Assembly (NCBI RefSeq): GCF_009914755.1
Contig: NC_060926.1
Reading direction: 5' to 3' (one strand)
Source: the human T2T-CHM13v2.0 reference genome, Homo sapiens
DNA length: 64,000 bases
The position numbers were made by a program, and so were the translations under genes. The notes beneath the pieces are model-generated. The model searched no databases and had not been told where the DNA came from. It saw only the letters and a program-made list of their open reading frames with translations. Positions 39,809 to 64,000 of this stretch are shown in pieces (position 1 is the first letter of the stretch; every line of letters begins with the position of its first letter).

Positions 39809-40251
39809 TTGTAATCTAATTTTCTAAATATATTACTCTTCAGTTTGCACCTGGCCCAGGGAAGCAGTACTATTTCCTTTCTAGAAACAACACAAAAAAA
39901 GTCTACATACCTAAATGCAAAGATGTGCTGTCCCACTTCAAAAAAAAAATACTATGCAGAAAATGTTCAACAAATACGTTGTGATGAATGGAAAACTCCT
40001 AATAAAGTAGGTAGTTATTATTTATATTATAATAAATCATTATGGTATTAAAAGATTCCTCTCTTACAGACTCATTTACTGTAACATTCTTTTAAGAAGT
40101 GCATCATCTTTTTATTATGGTTTAAATTTTGGCTCCTTTTTTTAATTTTCAAATTTTTAAAAATTTTTTGTGATAAAATATACATAACATGAAATTTCCC
40201 ATTTTTTTTATTTCAATAGCTTTTGAATTACAAGTGGTTTTGGTTACATGA

Positions 40252-40893
<642 letters not shown>

Positions 40894-41290
40894 TCAACAG
40901 CTATTTGAGACTTGGGAGTTGTATTTATGTCTTGGGGACTCTTGGACACACACTGTAGAAAACAGAATATGTGATTTGGTAGGTTTTAGGTATCCTATAA
41001 TTGTCTTAAGGCCTGCTTATTCTCTGCCTGTTTGCTATTGAGCTGATAAAATAATGGCCATAGGAAACAATCTGGCACAGTGGCATAAACTGTGGTCAGA
41101 AGCCCAGATTTTGCCAAGAATCAGTTCTACATGTTTATGTAAGTTGACCAGCATCTCTAGGGAGATTAACGTGAGATGATTCCCAAGGTTCAACTTTAAC
41201 TATCTGACGCTATGCCTTTATCCACAAGGCAATGATAACCATATATTCTTCAAAATATTGGAATCCAGAGAGGGATTCTCAGGTCAGTAG

Positions 41291-42446
<1,156 letters not shown>

Positions 42447-42599
42447 CACATATGCCATTTTGAAACCTTAGTGAGCAATTTTCCTATGACTTTCAAAACG
42501 TGCCTTTTGAAATTTACGCCTGGAGATGGTGTTCAGCCTCTCCGTGACAAATAATATTAATTTACTGCTTTTGTACATTATTTGGAATATCATTTACTA

Positions 42600-42810
42600 C
42601 ATGTCACGTCTTATGCTAAGTATTTTACCTCATTTAATCCCCACAACAAACACATGAGGAGGATAACAATTATTTTCCATCTTTTAAAATGTGGTAACTG
42701 AGGATCAGAGAGATTAAGTAATTTGCCCAAGGTCACACAGCTATAAGTGGTAGAACTGGGCTTAGAAGCCAGGCAGGCTGGCAGCAGATCCCCAACTCTG
42801 AATATTTTTA
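42600..42810 (-). mobile_element. MIR (MIRb-like)
   Basis: aactgaggatcagagagattaagtaatttgcccaaggtcacacagctataagtgg is the MIR core. Confidence 0.9.
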
Positions 42811-43974
42811 CCAACTATAGCCCTGTTTGGAGAACATAGCTGAGCTAAATACACTCTGACACAGCCCCTCTATCCCTTCATAAGACATTTTCTAAAAGTT
42901 GAACACCAGTGTATGGGATAGCAAAGACAAACAAATCATCCTCAGAATAGAAGGTAGTTCCTTGAGTGAAAGAGGTAAGAAGGGAGGGGCAGCCCTCACA
43001 TCCACAAAGGGTCCCATGCTTAGAATCATGGCCTTATTTAGGCTGTCACAGAGAAACCCCAATGAGGCCAAAAGACAGAGACGTCCTTTATACATCAATA
43101 AGCACATGTCCTATTCCAAGCTTAAGCTCCTGGCATGCACAGTGAGTGGACCCATGCATCTTTACAAATCCTTAAAACATTCTGCAGAAGGCAAAATGAA
43201 AGTACCCAGTATTTTATAAATGACACATTCATTAACTTGTTAAGCACAAGCCTTTAAAATGTGCCACCAACTAGCGTCAGATGTGCCCCAATATTTATAA
43301 CCTTGTTTCCACACTACCTTCATTTTTTAACATACCAGTGGCTTCCGAAAATGGAAGTGGCAGGAGCTTTCCAACCCTGAGTGGCCCTAACCTTCTGTGA
43401 CTCTGGGAGAAAGACTTCAAGAAGCAAGTAAGAGAAAAAACAGTGGGAAGAGGCCTCAGTGGATACGGCTGGCATCACTAGGTATCTCACACTCTGTTCT
43501 TTGTTTTCTGTGTTAACAATGGGACGTGGCTGTTCTCTGCCTTTCACGTTCTGTTCTGCCCCATCTAGTTCATAGCCGGCAGCCTCAGCAAAGACCATGT
43601 CCACTACAAGAAGTTAAATAAAGCGGCAAAAATGACAAGGGGTTGGCCTTTCTGCTTCTCAGGCATCACCTAATTCTGAAATCAAATGTACTTGAAAGGT
43701 AACATTTAGACCATTCCTGGCCCTCCAGGACAAAGTAATCAGGGATTTGAACATGGGGCTAGTTTTCCAAAGACCCTAACAAACTTCACAAACGAAATTC
43801 TCACTGGTCACATGAACATCCACTATTTACAAAACATTCTCATTTCAAATATAGAAACTACTTAGTTACACTTCAATCAAAATGAGGTTTGCACATTAAA
43901 CTAAAAAATATGACAGGCGTTCTAAGACTATACAGGAGATTTCAGGCTGACAATAAGAACTAAGACTCAATGTT

Positions 43975-44274
<300 letters not shown>

Positions 44275-44906
44275 CAATCTTTATTTTAAATAAATGTGAT
44301 TTAGTATTTGACTTAGACTTTCGATTGATTTTACCAATAGGGTGACAGAGTTAGCAAAACAATACCACTGATTCTGAAAATAAATGTCAATGTGCCATAA
44401 ACCATGTTGGAAAAATCTTTGAGTACTTTTTGGCATCAAACCAAGAACACAGTCATCAGTTCTCCTTGCTTGGTAAATTTTAGTCATGGGCTGTAGTCTA
44501 TGACACATCTTTGAGAGGCAGACTTTGAAGGAGCTAATGCTGGCAGAAACCAACCAGGGTTGATTTTGGATGCAATCCAAGGAAAGCAGAAAGATCAGGT
44601 TAATTAATTCCAGTCAGCCCTAAGTAATGATTCTTTAGGGTCTGACCCAACTCTCAAAACAAAAATCACTTTCCCTCCCAAGTTTACGAGCCACCTTCAA
44701 ATTCCTGAGGACTGCGGTACTAACCAACCTAAAATGAATGCATGCATAGATTTGTAAAGCCAACCAAACTTGTGAACCCTGAAAAACTAAGGTAATCAGT
44801 CTTAGTTTCCTAATAAATATAAAAGTGTTTTAATTCCACAGCAAATAATCCAAGCATATAAACTGTTCTTATGCATACAGTACTCTGTATTCCACAGAAT
44901 ATAATA

Positions 44907-45419
44907 CAGTTTTTAAGCCCTCACTTAACTTCAGCAATAGATTCTTGAAAACTGCAACTTTAAGCAAAACAACATACTATGTAACAAAACTAATTTTGCC
45001 ACAGGCTAATTGATAGAAACAAGAGTCAGGGACAGGCAGTGGCTCAGGTCTCTAATACTAGCACTACGGGAGGCTAAGGGAGGAAGACAGCTTGAGCCCA
45101 GGAGTTCGAGACCAGCCTGGGCAACACAGTGAAACCACATCTGTACAAAAAATACAAAAATTATCTGGGTATGGTGGCATATGCCTGTGGTCCCAGCTAC
45201 TCAGGAGGCTGAAGTGGGAGGATCATTTGAGCCTGGGAGGCTGAGGCTGCAGTGAGCCGTGATCATGCCACTGCGCTCCAGCCTGGACACTAAAGGAAGA
45301 CCTCTTAAAAATAGAAAGTCAAGTTCCTTTCTTCAAGTTCCACGGGCATACAGCGTGTCATTTTGCTTAAAGACACAGTTTCTAAGAACATATCAACAGT
45401 GTTAAGTGAGGACTTACCG
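44907..45419. mobile_element. Tc1/mariner Tigger-family non-autonomous element with an AluJ inserted (45028-45310)
   Basis: Imperfect terminal inverted repeats of about 60 nt (cagt..taagccctcacttaac... / ...gttaagtgaggacttaccg) flanked by TA on both sides. Confidence 0.85.
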
Positions 45420-46045
45420 TACTACTTTATCACCAGTTGGGTTAATTGGTTAAAAGAGGAATGCAATATAATTTATTTGATGATAAACCGCTATGACAGA
45501 TAGTGGGCAATTATTCCTTCCTTCCTCCCCCATGCTTCTGAAAAAAAAAAAACTACTTCAACTGGTCACTTGCCAAAAACAAACGAAGAGATCAAACGGT
45601 CTTTTTAAGCAAAGCCAGGTTTCCGGGCCATGAACACGTAGCTTTGCTAAGAGAAGCATGAAATGTGAGTAGCCACAAACCTTAACAATCACGAGAACCA
45701 ACAGCAAGGAACAGATAGCAAGTATTCACAGGAGACCGTGGATAGGGTCCCATAATACCTATGTCAATGACTGAGCCCAAAGGCTAGTAAGTGGCAGGGA
45801 GAGATTCTAATAAGATCAGTCTGACACTAAAGCCTGAGGTTGTCCCAGCATCCATGCCTCCATCCTCCCTGCAATCAAATGCCGTTTTCACATATGTGCA
45901 GTGTCAGTGGGACTGCTGTTTACCAATATGAGGCTTTTGACTCTATGTTAAATAGATCCATAACACCAGAGTCAACATACTACAGACTGCTTATAAAGAT
46001 GACAGACAATCCCCCATAACTTGCCAATTAAAATAAAATAGCCCA

Positions 46046-48174
<2,129 letters not shown>

Positions 48175-50337
48175 TAATTGCCAATAAAGTAATTGTAGGG
48201 CTAATTACCTAATAGCCAGTCTTCATGCTCAAATCCCACTACATATTTTTTCAGGGCCTTTTTCTACACTTATAATGTGATGTGACTGAGGGTGCATGTG
48301 AAATAAATATGGCATTTGTTCTCTACATGGTGACTTCCATCTCCCTACATGAAAGTAGTACAGTGAGTGCCAAAACCACGCCCAGCCCTGGACTGTTTTG
48401 GTGTCATAGCAATCAGCTATGTGCAGAGAGATTTAACATCTTTGATTTCAAACACTCGCTTTTTGTTTATTTTTAATCATACCTGCCAAGTAGCTGAACT
48501 GCATAAAGCTTTTTTGAGGGAGAATGCAACAGATACTTTCAGGTCCTTTTGCTGGAAATAACCTTTCTTTACATCACTCATTGGAGAAAAAGCACACTCT
48601 GTTTGCTCACTTCTTCCACTTGCCAAATATTTTAATTCGTTCTTTTAAAATGCAGAAATCTAACCCAATTTTAGCAATGTGTAGCTACAGAAATAAACTA
48701 TAAAGTCCATAAATAACTGGCAGTTGGCAATAAAATTGACATTTAATTATATATCTTTCAAGGGTGTTACAAAAATACTGCTTCAAGATGCCTTGTGTAA
48801 AAAAAAAAAAAAATTAAAGTCCTATCTTTGTGATTATCTAATTTCACAGTTAACCAAAAAAAGAATTTTGCATCCTTTTTGGCCATTTTTGCTCAAGGTC
48901 CTAAATTCTTAGTTTCCATAGTCAAGATTATAGTACAGAATATAATTCTAAATTAGTAGTATATTATAGAAGCACTCATGTTACAAACATTTGCTATAAA
49001 CACAGTGATTATTGCAAAGTTAGTTACCTTATATTTTCTGCTTTTTGAACTTTTACTGATAAAATACTATTATATTCACTGGTTATAAAAAATGAGTTCA
49101 GGATAAATGGGATTTAAAAGCTAGTTATGTTAAAAAAAAAAATCTTAATGTAACACTTGCTAGATTTCGTGTGGCCTTTAAAATATTTTGACCCTGAAAA
49201 TGATTTATGTGTAAAAGAGTTTGCAACAATGCAAATTTTATTGGCATAATGTTTGCTAAACTAATTGCTCCAGAATTCCTTTCTATTGTGATTTAAAGGC
49301 ACTTTGATATCAATTTTACTAATAAATCAGACAAGTCTATTATTTCAAGGAAGCTCACTTTTAAAAGGTTTTTTTTCTCAGACTGAAAGACATTTATCTT
49401 GCAATTGATGTAAGATAAAGGTCTTTTTCCCAGTGATTTACATAAGGGACCAGAGTTGAAGTTTTCGCATTTAGGTCCATTACGTTTTAAAATGTTTTAT
49501 TCTTAAATATACTTAATGGCTTGGAATGTAATATGCATCGACTGACATATAGCTGTTCAATAAATATTTATTGCCAGAATATTTTTTTTCAAAATGTCGA
49601 AGGCAAAGATGAGTTCAAGTTTTTCTGAGGCACGGGGTGTGCCTGTTTAACTCATCTTATATATAAGAAAATGAACATAAAACTTTAAACTTCACTTTAA
49701 TACTCTAAATCAGTAACATCTATATGTGTACATACTATCCCTATCATCCAAAAAAAAAATCACAGAAAGGAGAATTTAAGTTTCAATGTTTGTCCCAAGC
49801 AGCACCTATTACTTTATTCATATTCTATATACCTAGGAAATGATGATTCAGTGATTCCAAACTAGGAGAAAAAAAAAAAAAAAACAAGCCAGACCTTCCT
49901 GGACTGCCCTCCAGACAAATGATAAGGAGAAAATTTCCTTTGCAAATCAACATCCTCCACCATATGACTCCACTTTTTCTCGGGAACTAGATTGCTGACG
50001 TTTTGGGAGTATATGTCTGTTTCCCAAACTCATTCTCATGGGCAGCCAAACCAATCTGCTTTGCAAACCCTGAAACACACCTTGCTGGAACCAGTCTCAC
50101 TGCCCCAGCTCCTCCTTCCCCATCATGCCTGAAATACACTTCTCACTAACCCAAGTCTCTAACATACTTTCAGGGCCCTCTCAAAACACATACTTCCCTA
50201 TACACCGTGAGCCTCCCAACCATACATTCATCTTCCATGCTCTTGAGAGAAACCCTCTATTTAGAATGACATCCAAGCTGCTCTAGGTATGGATGCCTTC
50301 CCTCCCTGGAGCAGAAGCATAATCAGTTTTGTTAACT

Positions 50338-50342
50338 TTATT

Positions 50343-50373
<31 letters not shown>

Positions 50374-50652
50374 GGCAGAGTCTCACACTGTCGCCCAGGC
50401 TGGAGTGTGCAGTAGCACCATCTCAGCTCACTGCAACCTCCACCTCCCAGATTCAAGCGATTTTCCTGCCTTAGCCTCCTGAATAGCTGGGATTACAGGC
50501 ACCCGCCACCACACCCAGCTAATTTTTTGTATTTTTAGTAGAGATGGAGTTTCACTATGTTGGCCAGGCTGGTCTTGAACTCCTGACCTCATGATCCACC
50601 TGCCTCGGCCTCCCAAAGTGCTGGGATCACAGGCTTAAGCCACCACACCCAG
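50338..50652 (-). mobile_element. Alu with (TCTA)n tail
   Basis: TSD cagttttgttaacttt. Confidence 0.94.
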
Positions 50653-51114
50653 CCAGTTTTGTTAACTTTTTATCTCTTAATAATGTCCCAATTCTGGTAG
50701 GTATTCAATAAATATATGCCTAAAGCAAAATAGTAGTGCTGTGCTGCTTCTCCACTTGATCTCATTGAAGCCAAAACTGCACTTACTATAGCAGCTAGAC
50801 ACACAGAGATTTCGTGAGCAATGCAAGATTCGTGAGCAATGCAGCCACGTGCCCCCTATGTGCATGGCTGTTGGCCCCTCCAGCCAGCTATGGACACGAA
50901 AACCCCCATCTTCCAGCCACACCTGGATGAGCCTGGCTCCTGGGCAACAGCAACACAAGGACATATGCTTAACAACTGAGCATCAGGCCAGCCTTGCTTT
51001 TGATTCTGACATACTTGGAAAATAACGTACGTTATGTTCATAGAGACATATTATTATTTTCTTGTAGCCAATAACAGACTGAGAGCCAGAAAGAGTTTTC
51101 AAGATTGTATCTCA

Positions 51115-53110
<1,996 letters not shown>

Positions 53111-53209
53111 TCCCTTCTCAAAGCACACATTAAAGTGGCAGAGGAAGAAAGCCTGGGGGCAGACATATAGGGGTGTAGAGGGAAATAGTAGACGGTTTGT
53201 CGTTGTTTT

Positions 53210-54035
<826 letters not shown>

Positions 54036-54209
54036 AAAAGGAAGGTATTACTATTTTTTTAACTCTAACTTTTTTTTAGGTTTGTTTTTTAGTTATGTGA
54101 AAAATTCACACGTGAGAAATGTCACTCCAATAATACTGGATACATAATTCGTTAGTGGGATTACCCGGAGGGGCAGAGCTGGGAAGAAAGGGTGGAGATG
54201 GAAGTGTCA

Positions 54210-54604
<395 letters not shown>

Positions 54605-54935
54605 TTATTCTACTCACTGACCCCTTCCCTCTCACACACACATCCAGTCACTCATACACACACTGTTTTCTGAAGAGCTGAAGGCGGGGTCATCCCACCC
54701 TTCCAGGCTCAGCCCCAGGCCTGTCTCTCCCATCTCCTCCCCACTGAATTCCTGTGGCAATTATATAATTTAACAACATACTTCAGAGCTTAATTTTCCA
54801 CTCTAGATTTGCTATGCATGTAAAAAATTTTGCCCAAAAACATGACAAGTATCTTGTAATCAAGAAACAGATCTTATATTTGTGGGGTTTTTTTTCCTAT
54901 TAATAATAACCACTGCAGTTAAGAACACAAAGATT

Positions 54936-56102
<1,167 letters not shown>

Positions 56103-56585
56103 TAATGGTTATTAAGAACTTTCATTTTCTTCCTACTCAACACTCATTAAAAATCTATCCCCAGGGCCTTTTATACCTTGACAAAGATGACTTCAGTTAC
56201 AAGCAAAATTTTGTAAGAGGCGGGCAATGGTATATCCATCATACCCTTTCAAAGTTTACCACTAACAAACTTCAAGCATTCATCTGAGAGACCAATCTGC
56301 CTTATTGTATATTCAAGTCTTGCCCTTCCCCCATAGTTTTTGCAAAGATGGTTGATGTAGACTAGATTATCGTGAGACGGAATGGACTTTGAAAGGCGGG
56401 ACTCTCTTATGTAGTGGACTTAGAACTGAAGACATGACTTCTTAGTAATGAAACTGAAGGTAAGTACTTGTTTATACAACAAAATTAAAAAGTTCTATAC
56501 AGACTTCTGAATCATACTTTAAAAAAAAATGTGATATTACTGTAACCCTTACCTTCCCCTACCTCCCCAATATCTGCAGTCCATA

Positions 56586-57759
<1,174 letters not shown>

Positions 57760-57896
57760 TGACTCAAGAATGCTTAATATCAAATTCTTCTCCTGTGTGA
57801 TTGATCCAAAATATTTACAGAGTTGAGAGAACTCCTCACCAAGAATGTGAGCTCCGTGCAAGCAGGTGGCTTCTGGCTTGTTCAACACACTCTCTG

Positions 57897-58390
<494 letters not shown>

Positions 58391-58461
58391 CCTGTCATGG
58401 GGCAGGCATCCAAATTATTTGTCCAATATACCTATGATGAGTTAGTGGAAGCTGCCCTAGA

Positions 58462-59208
<747 letters not shown>

Positions 59209-59398
59209 CTTTAGTAAATTGTCTCTCCAAATTTTCTATCCAAATAACTGTAACAGCAGGAAAGGCAGGTGGCCTCATGAGACCAGGAGGGTAGCCTAAG
59301 CTGCAAGCCATAAACAATATATGTCTTAGGGTTTGTATGTATGAATTTTGCATCCGGGAGCCAAATATATTAGTGTGTTAATACAAAAATATTTTCTC

Positions 59399-60651
<1,253 letters not shown>

Positions 60652-60996
60652 TAGTCAGGGTGCTGGCTGGATAGTTTCATATGCCACTGAGAGAATTTAG
60701 GAGCATTTGCCTCTGACATTTGTGTACATTCTTTCATGTCATAGATTATGGGGGAGCTTCAAATGGTTTAAAGGGAGTTTTCCTGGATACTTCAGGTTAA
60801 ACAGAGAAAGTATCGGGGAAAACTAGGTATACCAGAAAGGGAGACTCTGAGAGAGAAAAAGACAGGCCCCAGGGAAGAAATGAACCACAGAACCACAGTG
60901 AAGTTTCAGGTCTCTGGGAGAAACACTGGCTATCGTAACAACAAAACAATATCAAAAGGACAATTCATGAAGACATCAAGAAGTACTTGTTCTGTT

Positions 60997-61416
<420 letters not shown>

Positions 61417-62444
61417 TTAAAATGAAATAATTCACGGGACCCAAAAGGGCAGACATTGACAACACCGTTCAGCAAATACACAGTGTGCTGCTTCCTTACA
61501 GCTGTTGTTGGCAAAATGCCACACAAAAGTTATCAGCAGCTGACAATACTCACCACAAACAAACAAACAAACAAAACGAGTGATAGAAACTCGGTAGTAA
61601 CAATCCTGGTGAGGAGTAAATACAAGTCTCACTGGTGTTTTTGGGAGACCTGTGGGAAGGGCCAGTGGAGGAGAGCCCTCTTGGGACAACTGAACACCAC
61701 AAAGGGTCATTTCTCCCCTGATCCCAAAGCCCTCGATCTTACACTAACTGCTGGCCAGCAGCCTAGACCAAGTCTCCGAGGAGGAAAGCACTCATTAGTG
61801 TAATAGACCGCTTCACCCTCAAACTGGAACTTAAATTGCCAAAATCATTACATGCTTATTACAATTCATTCAAGCTTCAGAACATAAAATTGATACAGAA
61901 GGGGAAGGGGGCGTGGCAGGACCTACAGGTTCATAGTTCGGTTTTTCCACCCTCACCCTCAACAACTCCCTGAGATTAAAATGAACAAAGGAATTTTTTT
62001 TCTTTTTTCTTTTTTTTTTTTTTTTTTAGGAGAAGGGTGTACTCCTACTATTTCAAACTTAAATATCTTCTGAATAAGAAATGGCTTTCCAGTTCTGTTT
62101 GGTAAATTCTCTCAAGTCAGATTTTAAATCGTACACCCAAAAAAAATCCTTGATTTTTTTTTAGCATAAATCTATCCTACTTTACATAAATAACATACAT
62201 TATGAGAACGGAATTTGCAACACAAAAAGACGGTTATTCATGTTTCCAAAGGGATCAACATTTGAGTTTCTTTCAATGGGTGGCTCTACTGTTTTGTTCA
62301 CAATGTGGTTTTGTGTCACCTCAACTTTTCAGAAGCACATGGACTACATACATCAAAGTCCACTTGTGCTTTTATTAAAAGTACCCCCAAAGCATTTCAA
62401 ATGTCACTGTATACATCCCCACAGCTATCTTGTTAAAGGCAAAA

Positions 62445-62486
62445 TACATACATACATACATACATACATACATACATACATACATA
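62445..62486. repeat. (TACA)n microsatellite
   Basis: Directly visible. Confidence 0.97.
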
Positions 62487-62843
62487 AACAACATAATCCT
62501 CCTTCATTGCCAACCATTCAACAGTACATTCTGCCCCATAAGCCTTTTTAAACACACTGGGCTCAGCTCGTGGGATTCCTGAAGTGCAATAGCCCTAACA
62601 CTGTTTTCCAAGGTAGAGATTTCTAAAAGGTGAGATGGAGTACACAGTTGCTTCAAACAGTGTGATCCAGATACAAACACAGTCCCAACATGCACCAGAT
62701 ATGAAATCTCTGTGCCAGAAACCAGGGTCACTGGCACCATGGAATCAAGAACCATTTTCTGTGTGTAAAGTACTAGGTGCCTAGATCTGCCAGTAAGCAT
62801 CTACCAGTTTCCTAGCATAAAAGTCAGCAAAAGTCAGGAATGA

Positions 62844-63455
<612 letters not shown>

Positions 63456-63462
63456 TAATACG

Positions 63463-63975
<513 letters not shown>

Positions 63976-64000
63976 AAAAAACAATAGTAAACCTATTACA

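Overview
Primate, almost certainly human, genomic DNA lying entirely inside AP1S3 (AP-1 adaptor sigma-1C subunit), which is transcribed on the minus strand. Two coding exons are directly visible: exon 2 (7079->6901, 179 nt) and exon 3 (5219->5111, 109 nt), both with GT-AG boundaries and together encoding [12 protein letters not shown]...[11 protein letters not shown]. The ATG-bearing exon 1 must lie beyond base 64000 and exon 4 before base 1. The rest is intron with roughly 70 Alu or Alu-monomer copies, L1, L2, CR1, MIR, MaLR LTRs, DNA transposons and microsatellites. Nearly all listed ORFs are Alu or L1 read-throughs. I see no evidence of a novel multi-gene system. The best leads are RNA-processing features (candidate poison exons, a tandem donor, an Alu-bracketed 288-nt stop-free exon circle), a convergent CTCF motif pair and templated-insertion repair scars in and near an L1 that lacks its poly(A) tail. 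Repeat subfamily names come from recalled consensus sequences, and repeat boundaries are approximate unless a target-site duplication (TSD) is quoted.
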